Source of the DNA: Chiloscyllium plagiosum | Lineage: Eukaryota | NCBI RefSeq assembly: GCF_004010195.1 | Contig: NC_057750.1 | Coordinates: forward strand, 10,534,643 to 10,598,642 | Direction: 5' to 3' | Length of the DNA: 64,000 bases | Shown: positions 13,501 through 26,129 of the stretch, in pieces | Numbering within the stretch: position 1 is the stretch's first letter | Layout of the letters: every line of letters begins with the position of its first letter | Made by a program: the position numbers and the translations under genes | Notes under the pieces: model-generated | What the model was told of the DNA's origin: nothing | Databases searched by the model: none | The model's input: the letters and a program-made list of their open reading frames with translations, nothing else

Positions 13501-14325
13501 CGCGCCCGCGCTCGCGCTCTCTCTCTCTCTTCGCGCCCGCGCTCGCGCTCTCTCTCTCTCTTCGCGCCCGCGCTCGCGCTCTCTCTCTCTCTTCGCGCCC
13601 GCGCTCGCGCTCTCTCTCTCTCTTCGCGCCCGCGCTCGCGCTCTCTCTCTCTCTTCGCGCCCGCGCTCGCGCTCTCTCTCTCTCTTCGCGCCCGCGCTCG
13701 CGCTCTCTCTCTCTCTTCGCGCCCGCGCTCGCGCTCTCTCTCTCTCTTCGCGCCCGCGCTCGCGCTCTCTCTCTCTCTTCGCGCCCGCGCTCGCGCTCTC
13801 TCTCTCTCTTCGCGCCCGCGCTCGCGCTCTCTCTCTCTCTTCGCGCCCGCGCTCGCGCTCTCTCTCTCTCTTCGCGCCCGCGCTCGCGCTCTCTCTCTCT
13901 CTTCGCGCCCGCGCTCGCGCTCTCTCTCTCTCTTCGCGCCCGCGCTCGCGCTCTCTCTCTCTCTTCGCGCCCGCGCTCGCGCTCTCTCTCTCTCTTCGCG
14001 CCCGCGCTCGCGCTCTCTCTCTCTCTTCGCGCCCGCGCTCGCGCTCTCTCTCTCTCTTCGCGCCCGCGCTCGCGCTCTCTCTCTCTCTTCGCGCCCGCGC
14101 TCGCGCTCTCTCTCTCTCTTCGCGCCCGCGCTCGCGCTCTCTCTCTCTCTTCGCGCCCGCGCTCGCGCTCTCTCTCTCCCTTCGCGCCCGCGCTCGCGCT
14201 CTCTCTCTCTCCCCGCGCCCGCGCTCGCGCTCTCTCTCTCTCTTCGCGCCCGCGCTCGCGCTCTCTCTCGCTCTTCGCGCCCGCGCTCGCGCTCTCTCTC
14301 GCTCTCTCTCGCTCTCTCTCTCTCT
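10505..14325. repeat. 31-bp tandem satellite, ~120 near-identical copies (GCGCCCGCGCTCGCGCTCTCTCTCTCTCTTC)
   Basis: Period 31 read directly (units at 10681 and 10712); degenerate copies only at the two edges. Confidence 0.97.
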
Positions 14326-15038
14326 TAATGGTGCACACTCTCTTTCTCTAGTTGACTCACGTTCATCCTCTCTAGTGTGCCCTCGCTGTCTTGCTCTCAT
14401 TCTCTGATCTGTGAATAATCCAAACAGCTGGCCATATCTGAGTTGTGCAGCCTATGGCTTCCCCTCAAAACATGACTAATAGCTTAAATGGAAGAAAAAT
14501 CAAATTGTACATTTTTAACATTTTTCATTTCTACAGTATTCTCTTTGCATTTTTAGATATCAGCTCATTGCTATTTTGAGTAGTTTCTCAATGCTGTCTG
14601 TCAGACAGACACTAATGTGAAGGACTGTAGAGTTTAAAATCCTAATCCAGCTAACTTTCTCCCCCCCCCCCCCGATCAGTGTCACTAAGACAGTTGAGCT
14701 AGTCATTGCCTCAATGATGATTGTGGGACTATGCACTTCACAAATTAGCTGTTATATTGCAGTAATATTTACACGTCATAAAGGATTCCCGTGGCTGTAA
14801 AGTGTCTTTAGGAAATGCTGACAGAGTGGAAGCCTCTATAGAAATGTTGACAGATATCGCATCAATGAATCTCGTTGGGAGATTTTACAAAGTTCAGGGT
14901 GCTAAATCTATGCAAGTTACGCCTTCTTCTGTCCTAAGCTCTGGAATTCTCTCCCTAAGTCTCTCTTCCCTCCATACCTCTCCTTTAAGAGGATGTTCAA
15001 AACCACAATCTTGCTCATCTGAATAACTCCTTTTTTAA

Positions 15039-15345
15039 GATTAGATTAGATTCCCTGCAGTGTGGAAACAGGCCCTTTGGCCCAACACGTCCACACCGAC
15101 CCTCCGAAGAGTAACCCACCCAGACCCATTTCCCTCTGACCAATGCACCTACCGCTATGGGCAATTTAACATGACCAATTCACCTGACTTGCACACCTTT
15201 GGAGGAAACTGGAGAACCCGGAGGAAACCCATGCAGACACAGGGAGAATGTGCAAACTCCACACAGACAGTTGCCAGAGACTGGAATTGAACCTGGGTCC
15301 CTGGTGCTGTGAGGCAACAATGCTAACCACTGAGCCATCGTGCTG
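15039..15345 (-). mobile_element. HE1-like SINE
   Basis: (gatta)n tail then gtgtggaaacaggccc...gctaaccactgagcca. Confidence 0.85.
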
Positions 15346-15520
15346 ACCCCTTACATGGCTTAACGTAGAAGAGTATCCAATCCCGCTCCCGTGAAAGCAC
15401 CTTGGAATGTTTTGCTAAATTAAAGAAGCAAAACATGTAAATGAGCTCAAAGATTGACAAGCTAGATGCTGGGAGTGTTTAAAACAGTGTTTCCCAAACT
15501 CTCTGCATCATATCTATAAC

Positions 15521-15911
15521 AGTATGTAAAGATGTGTGTGTGTGTGTGTCTTCCCTCTTTCCCCCCACCCTTATCTCTCTCCACCCCCCCCTCTTCCAAC
15601 CCCACCATGGTTTCTACAATACAGACCTCAGATGTCGGTACCATTATCAGTCTATATGGTATCAGAGAGTCAGAAAGGGGGAATAAAACTAGTTGGGGAT
15701 GGACTGAGTTGAAACAGGGTTGGAGGGGGGATCCACCTTGGGTTGGAGTTCTGGAGTCTTCACAAAGCGTGAAGACACAGAGGGAGGGGAAATACAAACA
15801 GCAATTTTCTCCCAGCCCAGTGACTCCAACAGCATGGATAAGTCTTAGGATAACCATTCGAACGTAAGGGAGGAATCTACACGTGACCATGTGAATCAAT
15901 AACTGAAGTAG
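15521..15911. repeat. Right arm of the inverted duplication (partner 10133-10482)
   Basis: Opposite-strand translations of the two arms share RESERG.KT.WGWTE and KTQREGKYK..FSPSPVTPTA. Confidence 0.9.
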
Positions 15912-17729
15912 ATCAGTGATGGGAATGTCCTGAACTCCAGGTCACAATGTATGATTAAGGGAGTTAAGCCATTCGGGACTGAGTTGAGGAAACATTTCTA
16001 CACTGTGAGCCTGTGGAATTCTCTCCCACGGAAAGCTGGCTGGGGGCCAGTTCATTAGGTAACACGAGCGAGCTGAATGTGGGCCTTGCAGCTAAAGGGA
16101 TCGTGGGGTATGGAGAGTAAGCAGGAATGGGGTAGTGAAATTTTATGATCAACCATGAATGGTGGGACAGGTTCAAAGGGCTGAATGGTCTACTCCTTTG
16201 CCTATTTTGTATACTTCTAGCCATTGGAGCTCAGAGATCCCGGTTTATTAGAACAAGCCCACCAATGGGCCACACATGCTATCGGAAAGCAGTCTGATCT
16301 GTTGCCACCATTGCTGCTTCCGAGCACGCAACCACACAATCATATCTGCAGCCAGATGTGACCCATGTATTGGGAAGCCATCCTCTTGGAAGCAGGGGGT
16401 TTAGTCACAAGCTAAGGAGTTGGACATTTAGCACGGCAGTGAGAAAGTTATTCCCTCGCGGTGATGGGGAAAGTCTTGTTAGTCTTTAAAATTCTGCACA
16501 TCGCAGGTCTGTGGAAAGTCAGTCGTGAATTATGTGCAGGACTAAGAGTAGATTTTTGTTCCACAGGGGAGTTTAATGAGTTGCCAGAGAAACTACAATG
16601 GAGTGAGATGATCCGGTTTGATTTTATTGTAAGGCACAGGAGATTGTAAACCCTGTCCTGCCTTTATTTTTTATAAAAATGCTACCAGCGAGAGGATGGC
16701 TTGTCAACATCAGTCGTAATGAAGTATCGAGGCTTTTCAGTGTCTTGTGCATCAGCAGTGTGTCTTAGTTAACTCATTGCATTTTTGGGGCTGGGGTGTA
16801 CTGGCCTGACAAAGTTATAATTTTTAGTGGAATGTCTCTTCCTAGACGTGATCGCAGTTCTTGTTGTCGAAGTCTGATTGTGAAACGGGCTGCGTGTTGT
16901 GCAACAGGGGGAAAAAAAACCCAAAATATTATAGGTGCTGGAAAGTCGTAAACAAAACAAAGCAGGTTGGTAATGTTCCAGTCAGACAGGGTCCTTCACA
17001 AGAAGGGGAGCACAAGGCTCTTGGGCATAACCCTTTGCTGGGGTTCAGTACCGATGTTAATCTGCTGTTTGTAGGTCAAAGCAGACCCAGTTGGAAATAG
17101 AAAAGAATCCAGAGCTATAAAGTGGCTGGGTGACATACAGGACTAATTGCCAGGGTTGCTTGTAGCAGAAGCCATTGTGTGTCTCAGTATCTAACTGGGA
17201 TTAATTGGAAATGTGATGGGCCGCAGTGCTGCCTCCTCTGCAGGGTGACTAAAGGAAGTTAGAGGACAAATACACAGCAAATAGAGGAAAGCTTGAAAAT
17301 GTGTGTATGGCCCAAGCAGGAGTTAGCACATTGGGAGAAGGGGAACATGAATTTATGATGTAATGGTGCAGGTTCCAGGAGAGTGAAGGAAGGGGTTAAC
17401 ATCGTTAGCACTGACTCCCTCCACCTCAGGCACACAGTTGCAGCAGTGTGTACCATCCACAAGATGCACTGTGCACTGCATCAGCAACCTCTTTCAATAC
17501 TGTGACTTCCACCGCCTCGAAGGATAAGTGTATAGCAGCACCAGCACCTGCAAGTTCTCATCAAATTCCACGCCATCCTGATTCAGGATTGTTTCACCTT
17601 TCCTTCACTGTTACTGGGCCTCAATCCTGGAAGTCCCTTCCTGAAAACCCTATGAGTGTCCCTACACCATATAGACTGCAGCAACACCAGAGTTATAATC
17701 ACCTTCTCGAGGGCAATTAAGCAGGCACA

Positions 17730-18565
17730 TATGGGCTGAGAAGTGGCAGATGAAGTTTAATCTAGATAAATGTGAGGTGCTGCATTTTTGGAAAGCAAAT
17801 CTTAGCAGGACTTATACACTTAATGGTAAGGTCCTAGGGAGTGTTGCTGAACAAAGAGACCTTGGAGTGCAGGTTCATAGCTCCTTGAAAGTGGAGTCGC
17901 AGGTAGATAGGATAGTAAAGAAGGAGTTTGGTATGCTTTCCTTTATTGGACAGAGTATTGAGTACAGGAGTTGGGAGGTCATGTTGCGGCTGTACAGGAC
18001 ATTGGTTAGGCCACTGTTGGAATATTGCGTGCAATTCTGCTCTCCTTCCTATCAGAAAGATGTTGTGAAACGTGAAAGGGTTCAGAAAAGATTTATAAGG
18101 ATGTTGCCAAGGTTGGAGAATTTGAGCTCGAGGGAGAGGCTGATCAGGCTGGGGCTGTTGTTCCTGGAGCATCAGAGGTTGAGGGGTGACCTTATAGAGG
18201 TTTACAAAATCATGAGGGGCATGGATAGGATAAATAGACAAGAGTCTTTTCCCTGGGGTTGAGGAGTCCAGAACTAGAGGGCATAGGTTTAGGGTGAGAG
18301 GGGAAAGATATAAAAGGGACCTAAGAGGCAACCTTTTCACGCAGAGGGTGGTACGTGTATGGAATGAGCTGCCAGAGGATGTGGTGGAGGCTGGTACAAT
18401 TGCAACATTTAAAAGGCATCTGGGTGGGTATTTGTATAGGAAGGGTTTGGAGGGATATGGGCCGGGTGCTGGCAGGTGGGACTAGATTGAGTTGGGATAT
18501 CTGGTCGGTATGGACGGGTTGGACTGAAAGGGTCTGATTCCATGCTGTACATCTCTATGACTGTA
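17730..18565 (+). mobile_element. CR1/HER1-like LINE, 5'-truncated (RT C-terminus and 3' UTR)
   Basis: MKFNLDKCEVLHF...RDLGVQVHSSLK...LYRTLVRPLLEYCVQF...LRGDLIEVYKIM. Confidence 0.92.
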
Positions 18566-20059
18566 TAAATAAATGCTGCCCAAGCAAATAGCCCGTAAAT
18601 AAATTCTAAAAGATAACTCAGCTCTTCCTGCCCCAGCAGTCTGGAGGAAATAAGAAAGTGTGACTCCTGGTTGGGATTATTCTCCTTTTTGAGCTGAGAG
18701 GACTAAGGGGTAGGTTGAAGAGAAGTGCTCAGGAAGAGTAAGTTAGAGTGAATACACTGTTTCCACTCACAAGAGGCTTGAGAGGACTCCGATTGAGAGC
18801 AACTAGCTGTTGAATGCCAGGAAAGAGAAGATTTTTTTTAAAAATCATTCATCTGATGAACACGGACATATGAGCTGAAAGCAAATTCAATAAAAATTGT
18901 CAAAAAGGCACTGGATAGACTGTTAAAAAGGAACTAAATGGTGGTGGTTTGGGGAAGAAAGCAGGGCAGTGCAACTTTGTTTAAATTGTTTTGTGTGGGT
19001 GTTGCTGGGAAGGTTAGCATTTGTTGCCATCACTATTTGCCCTTGAACTGAGCGGCTTGCTTGGCCATTTCAGAGGGAGTTAAGGGTCGGCCACAGTGTT
19101 GTGTGTCTGGACTTACATACAGAATAAGGATGGGGAGCAGATTTCCTAGACATTAGTGAACCAAGTGGCTTTTTGCAGCAGTCGGTGACGGTTTCATGAT
19201 CACCGCCACTGAGACAAATGAGGGTCTTGCGGTAGAGTGCCTACCTCTGACTCAGGACATCTGGTTCCATTCCAACTGCACCAGAGAGGTGTGTTATGAC
19301 ATGCCTTAGGTTAATTATGAATACTTTTGTTTTTCTATGAGTGGCTTTCAGATTCAGATTTTAATTAACTGAATTTAAATTCTACCCACTTCTGTGGCAG
19401 GATTCGATATGTCTGTGGAGTATTAGCCTGCATCTTCAGTTTACTAACTCGACGACATAACCATTTGCCATTGTGTGACTCTCTATCTAACTGGGACTAA
19501 TTGGAAATCTTCCAAACAGCCAGGCCATGTGTGATGGGCCCCATTGCTGCCTCCTATACAGTATAGTTTGACAAGAATTTGTTGAAGTAAAGGTTATGAG
19601 TTTTGCTGGCATTTGATCAGTTCCACCTAAGTTCAGGTCAAACTGTTTACCTGTCTCTGGTTACACTTCTGTTCTGAGACAAATGTCGTTTTTATCGTGT
19701 TTACACACTCGCTGGAAGGGAAGGTTCTGATTTTTGCTGGGTTACTATTCTGTGACCATCTCTTATCCTCTGTTCCCTGCCCAAGGAGGGACTGGCTGTT
19801 CGACACTGGGCGCGTCATCAGTGCGCTCCAGCATAGTTTCACAAGAGTGGCTGCAGCACCCACAGATGTCATTTGACAGGCCAGGGCTCCGCCAATGGGA
19901 TGGAGGTGACCAAGACCAACCAAAGAGGCTTGTACCTGAATCAAAAATGGAAGGCTCAATTATGCGCTGGCAGGGTTAGTCTGCCTGTACTCTGTCACAA
20001 AATTCCAGGCGAGTTAACTGCACAGATGATGAGTACACTACACAACACAACACAACATT

Positions 20060-20360
20060 GCACGGTGGCACAGTGGTTAGCACTGCTGCCTCACAGCGCC
20101 AGAGACCCAGGTTCAATTCCCACCTTGGGCGACTGTGTGGAGTTTGCACATTCTCCCCTTGTCTGCGTGGGTTCCCTCCGGGTGCTCCGGTTTCCTCCCA
20201 CAGTCCAAAAGATGTGCAGGTCAGGTGAATTGGCCATGCTAAATTGCCCCTAGTGTTAGGTGTAGGGGAATGGGTCTGGGTGGGTTGCTCTTCGGAGGGT
20301 TAGTGTGGACTTGTTGGGCCGAAGGGCCTGTTTTCACACTGTAAGTAATCTAATCTAATC
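20060..20360 (+). mobile_element. HE1-like SINE, full length
   Basis: A box tggcacagtgg, B box ggttcaattcc, (ctaat)n tail. Confidence 0.9.
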
Positions 20361-21434
20361 AATATTGCCATCGGTATTTGCAGATGATTGGCCTTGTGTT
20401 GGGTTTGAGTTTGATTCTTCCTGTCTGGCAGTGAGTTATGAGCATTGAGCCAGAGACTGGATGCAGGTTAGAATTTTGGCATTTGACTTCATGATTTAGC
20501 AGAAAGGAAATGGAGGTTTTATAAATGTTAACGATGATGGAAGTTGGCCATTTGGGAAAAAGAAAGATGTTCCACTGAGAGATTTTAACTGTTATGCTTT
20601 CTGATTAGTTAGGTGGGGTGGAATCTATGGAGCTTGCTTTCTGTTAGAAACTGTTGTGAGTTTACGTGGACCACAGCGTGTTTGTCTGCTTTGTATTTAA
20701 TACTGCACCTTTTGTGCAGTGCTTGTTATAGTTAGCTTTGTTTGCAGTGCTTGATGCATTAAATCCAGGAACTGCATAGGATGTGGTGACTTGTTAGAAA
20801 ATGAAAACAGTGCATTTCCTCTTTTTTTTTTACGTGTGCAGAGAGCTGGAGCAACAAGACAGCTTGACTTCTCTTCATGTTGAAAACTCAGACCATGTTT
20901 GTGTTCTGATAGGGTGCGTCTGCCGCAACAAACCTTTTCCAGCTACTGCTTGCTGAAGATTGCAGAGATGGTGTTTGCACTGAGAGCAGGCAAACTACGG
21001 AATTGCTTCCAGCTTTGCCAGTCACCTGAGAGAGTCTGTGGGGCTCATGGATTGCGGGTGGATGAGGTTTCTCACTAAGGAGCAGGGTCTGCAGCCCTTA
21101 GAGAGGGTTAATGGTCTTCCTGCCTTCTGCTACTCTCCCTTGTCATTCCTGATATGACTTTAGGTGTATTTCGCTTCTAGGAAACTATCATGGTCTCATT
21201 GTGAACGTGTTGCCCGGGACCTCAAATACAGGTTGGTTTGAATGGTTGCACTGTCTTTGGATTGGATTGGCCCCTCGATGCAGGTATTCTTGTTGTATCT
21301 GAGTCCCTCATTGTGTCACTGCACTAGTTCAAGTGCAAGAACATTTGTTGTGCGTTGTTTAGGAGTGCTCCCTGTCTTCAGGGCCTAATTAAAGCAGTTC
21401 TCTGCTTCCAAAGGGAATGTTATTTTGAAGTTAC

Positions 21435-21830
21435 TCTCTCCCTTCTGAGCCAACATGCCCTTGGTTCATATTCTGCTCCAGAGAGTTGAGCACAAGATCT
21501 GGGTTGAAGCACCCAGTGTAGTACTGAGGGAGTCCTGCACTGCTAGGTGCTGCTTTTTGACACGAGACTGTAAATCGAGGCCTGTTCGCACTTTCAAGAA
21601 GGTATAAAAGATGCATTGGCACTATTCTGGAGAGAAGTAGGAGAGTCCATCCTGGTGTCCATTCTTGACAAGGATTGCCTCTTAACACAGTGTTGATTGT
21701 GGGAGCTTGCTGTGTGCAAATTGGCAACTATACTTCCTGGCTTCCAGCAGTGCCCTCTCTTCATTGGCTGTTAAGCAACATGAATGCCAGAGATTGTGGA
21801 AGGTCTGTGTAAATCAAGTTTGACCTTTCA
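21435..21830 (+). mobile_element. DeuSINE (SacSINE1-like)
   Basis: gtactgagggagtcctgcactg...taaaagatgcattggcactatt...gtgggagcttgctgtgtgcaaattggc resembles the recalled Deu-domain SINE. Confidence 0.65.
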
Positions 21831-22347
21831 CTGCTTCATTCCACATGGTCTCATCCTGTCCTGGGTCACAGGGAGCAAGTGACCACTTTGCTGTCACTAA
21901 GAGACTTTTAATGGAGCAGATTGGGTCCAGTTGCGATGTGATACAATTGTCAAAGGTCCTTTGTGAGAAGAAGACTACTTTCTAAGTCTTGGGGGGGGGG
22001 GGGGGGGATTATATTTCTCTACATTTTGTGTTTCCCTTTCAGGATTGTAAAAAAACAAAATGTGATCCTTTCAGAGAAAGTAAATTCTGAAAGTGCTTTC
22101 TGAAACCAGTGTGCTCTAATTCACTAAGTTTCAATCGTGCAGTGAAATCAGGTCTATCCTCTGGACCCACTTTCCAGATGAAGTTTTCTGGCACTGTTTT
22201 GAAAGTGCTGATGACTCTGGACTCACTGCTTGTTCCAAATGTTCTGAGTTGGTGCAGGCTGTGGTTCTGCATGAGGTCTTTGGTCCAGCAAACAGCAGCA
22301 AGTGACCACTTACTATTCTGGTAACAATCCCAAATTAATTATGATTT

Positions 22348-22542
22348 CGAGATGCCGGTGTTGGACTGGGATGTACAAAGTTGAAAATCTCACAACACCA
22401 TGTTATAGTCCAACAGGTTTAATTGGAAGCACACTAGCTTTCGGAGTGACACTCCTTCATCACCTGATGAAGGAGCGTCGCTCCGAAAGCTAGTGTGCTT
22501 CCAATTAAACCTGTTAGACTGTAACCTGGTGTTGTGTGATTT
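22348..22542. mobile_element. Penelope-like terminal palindrome (family B) with hammerhead cores at the centre
   Basis: ~78-bp inverted arms spanning 22385-22542, centred on catca-cc-tgatg. Confidence 0.75.
22464..22492 (+). ncRNA. Minimal hammerhead ribozyme motif
   Basis: CTGATGA-A-GGAGC-gtc-GCTCC-GAAAG-CTA. Confidence 0.7.
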
Positions 22543-22584
22543 CCAAATTAATTAACCAGCTTCATCATGTTGTGTCTTAAATAC

Positions 22585-23165
22585 ACGAGTTGGGAGGTCA
22601 TGTTGTGGTGTACATGACGTTGGTTAGGCCACTTTTGGAATACTGCATACAGGAATACTAGTCTCCTTACTGTAGGAAAGATGTTAAATTTGAAAGAGTG
22701 CAGAAAAGATTTATAAGCATGCTGAAAAGTTTGAGTTACAGGGAGAGGCTGACTAGGCCGGGGCCATTTTCCCTGGAGCATCGGAGGCTGAAAGGTGACC
22801 TTAGTTTATAAAATCATGAGGGGCATGGATAGAGTGAATAGCCAATGTCTTTTTCCAAGGGTAGGTGAATCCAAACTAGAGGGTGTAGGCTTAAGGTGAG
22901 AGGGGAAAAATTTAAAAGGGACCTGAGCGGCAACTTTTTCAGAGGGTGCTGTGTGTATGGAATAAGTTGCCAGAGGAAGTGGTGGAGGCTGGTACAATTG
23001 CAACATTTAAAAGGCATCTCTGGATGGGTATATGAATAGGAAAGGTTTGGAGGGATATGGTCCAAATGCTGGCAAATGGGGCTAGATTAACATAGAATAT
23101 CAGGTCAGCATTGACAAGATGGACTGAAGGTTCTGTTTCTGTGCTGTACAACATGATTCTATGAC
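22585..23165 (+). mobile_element. CR1/HER1-like LINE 3' fragment
   Basis: Similar to 17968-18565 (gagttgggaggtcatgttg...gtggtggaggctggtacaattgcaacattt). Confidence 0.88.
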
Positions 23166-26129
23166 TGAGCAAAAATGGAGATTGAGGAATGTCCCAAGCT
23201 TCCATTTTAAAGAATTGTAATTCATATACAATTATTAGAAGTTGTATATGTTGAGTATCCAGCCACACATTGAAGTCAGTGATTAAACTTTGGAAAATGT
23301 GAGAGAACCTGCTCATTGATTGAAAGGTGGGGATTGTTACTGAGGCACACCAGTCCGGTGTGTGGGCCTTTGTTCTGTCTGACTTTCCTGAACAAATGAA
23401 CAATTTTTTTGAAAAAAAATTCTTGCAAGGGTCGCTGGCAAGTTCAATACTTTTTGTCCATCTTCTAATTGTTCTCAAATTTAGGCAGTTTCTAATAGCA
23501 ATTAAGAGTCAACCACATCTCTGAGAGTCTGAAGTCGTGTGTAAGCCAGACCAGGTAAAGACAACAGATTGCTCCCTCTAAAGGGGATTTGCAAACCCAA
23601 TTAGCTTTTGCAACGTTAGGTAGTGGCTGTCGTGTTTAACATTACCAAGACAACCATTCACTTCCAGAGTTTTATTCATCAAAACTAAATTCCACCAACT
23701 GCCCTGTCGGAATTTGAACCAGTGCTCTCCACACCCAATAACCTGGGCCTCTGGATTACCAGGCCAGTGATATAATCACCAGGCCCATCTCCTGGTACAT
23801 ACAATCTTACGGAATAGACCTGAGCGCAGAGGTTTGAGCTGTTGAATGCAGCAGGTGGATATGGAGCAATAATTATGAAAGTTATTTTTATGGAAGTCCC
23901 CCTCTTTTTAAAAAAAAAATCAGATGCTCCTTCTAAGTAACAATGCAACATTCTAATAGCGAGGGAAATTTCAGACCCTTAAGGCCTAAAATGCCACCCC
24001 ACCCCACCCCACTTACCATCAGCACCGCCATTTTCCCAGAAACTAGGGAACAGAGGTCGATGGGGTTGGCACTGAACCATTCCATCTGTTTTTCCTCCTT
24101 GTAACATTGTCCTTAAAACCTCTCTGGTCATCTTTTTGAATGTCTGTATGTCTCCGCGTCCATTATTTTCTTTAGGCTGCTCCTGAGTCATCCTATTTGC
24201 AGCAAAGACAGATTGTTCTTGTCCAAAATTCCTCTGCTTCCTCTGGGAAATATTTTCCCGCAAAAGCCCAGCAGCAGCGCTACTCATTATTTCAGGAGCC
24301 CCAGTGTACACTCCGCTGATATGAAAGATCCTGCAACACTGTTTTAAATAAGAGCAGGAGGTGATCTGATAGATAAGGGAGATGTTTATTCTTCAATCCA
24401 CTTTTTTATTTTGGGAAGAAAAAGTGCTGATCATCTGATGATCACATTGCGTTTTTTTTTGTTGATCTCACTGCTGCAAGCAATTCAATTACTGTGGTTC
24501 CTGCAGCACACCAGTAACTACACTTCAAACGTACTCCATTTGGCCTGCATGTGTCCCCAAAAGGTGCTACAGAAATGCAAGTGTTGTTGTGCTGTTCGAA
24601 AGCAATGCAATCGGAATTCTCGCGTTTTGAATTTCAGCTGGAAGCTCTGTGGTTGAATTCTGAGGAAGAAGAGCAAGTCACAGTGAAAGAATGAGTCATT
24701 GTCAAAACAGAGAGAGGTGTTTGCATTTTTAGCATCTCGTTACTGCATTCTGCATGAAGATTACAACCGTGTTTTCCAAATCCCCAATTTGCTTATTGTG
24801 AATTTGTGCAGGGGGCCCACGTGAAGTCTGCTTGACCAAACCAAAATGATTCCACGCTCTGGGATTTTGGCGGTGCAGTTGTCCAAACAAGCAGTAACTT
24901 ATTCAGAGTTGTTGCTCCCAATAACAGTGGGACTTTTGTGGTTAGGTTAATGCACTGAAATGTTGTGGTGATAATTATAAGTCATTGCCATTAAATACAG
25001 CAATTTGCCCCCTTGAGCATATATTGTAGCAAACTTAAACGTTGACCCTGACAGAATGCCTCTGGGGAGTCTGAGACGAGGGGGAAGGATCAAGAGTTGA
25101 AAACAAATACTGTGAAATGACATTAGCGGTTGCTTCTTGCATGCACAGGGCTGTTAGAGCAGTGGTAACTCCCTTCCTCCTTTCTTAGTGGATTCATCTC
25201 CATGTCCCTCAGCCTCCTTCCATTTTCACTCCTTTCCCTTCACTACAACCTGGACAAGCCAGAGATTTCACAAACCAGTCACAAATTGCCCACTCTTGTC
25301 CCTCATGAGTACTCGGGCAAACCACCTGATGGATGAGAAAGGAAATTCTACGTTTAATCCAGCTGCTATTAGTGCTCACCTAACTCCCATATAGACCAAG
25401 GGCTGAATGACTACTACTTGGGCTGTTAGCTGTGGTTCAGTGAGTGTTTTCAGTTTAATTGAGCTCAGTTTTAATTCACGTGGCCATTGCTAACCCTCTG
25501 AGTGAAACCTTATCCACTGAATACACATTCTGCTGTTCTATCACCTGCCAGTGCACGTAAGCACATCCCCTGCATTTTTAAAATCTGGAATTTCGAGGCT
25601 GAGTGTGATTAGTGGCCTGGATCAGTATAGGTCTCTGAGCTGTCCCAGCCCCCTCTGTATCTGCATATCTTAAATCATTGCATTATTTTGCTTCTGCTCT
25701 TCCAAGAACCTCGAGTTATTCAGTGACCCATCTGAGCTCCCTGCTAGTGCTGGTCCTTGCATCTAACTTATAGTTTGGGGCCTTGGAGCCTGGACCTTTG
25801 ACTCACCAGCATTCAGGGAGTGTCGAGGAGGCGAGAGCTAGGGATCAGTACTGCTGAGGCTTGGCAAAGCAACAAGCGGCCTCTTTTAGCCAACTTGTAG
25901 CAGTCGCCAGTTTAGCATGAGCGTCTCTGATCACCTGTCGTTCCTTCCTCCCTCATCCAGCCCCTTGACTGAAGGCGGCGACATTTTCGCAGTTTTGAGG
26001 ATCTGGAAAAGAAGGAACGTGTGTCCATCGAACACAAGAACCATTGAATACTTGGAGCTTTGAAAAGCCAGCAGAGAGGTGAACAAATTATTTATGTAAA
26101 AGATAATTTCTAAGCATTGATACAGCATA

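Noticed and set aside
10590..14300. CRISPR-like regular array
   Set aside because: Head-to-tail identical units with no spacers, no cas genes, and a vertebrate context
10271..14407. Four ORFs of ~1300 aa
   Set aside because: Produced by a satellite whose base composition cannot form stop codons; not protein-coding genes
10077..15867. Apparently paralogous small proteins (134 aa on -, 111 aa on +)
   Set aside because: Similarity shifts between frames and there is no domain or splice support; explained by the non-coding inverted duplication
16930..17050. Possible further PLE/hammerhead remnant (gggcataaccctt)
   Set aside because: No CTGAnGA or GAAA core on either strand; too degenerate to call
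20060..20130. tRNA gene
   Set aside because: tRNA-like A/B boxes are the head of an HE1 SINE and continue into the SINE body and tail
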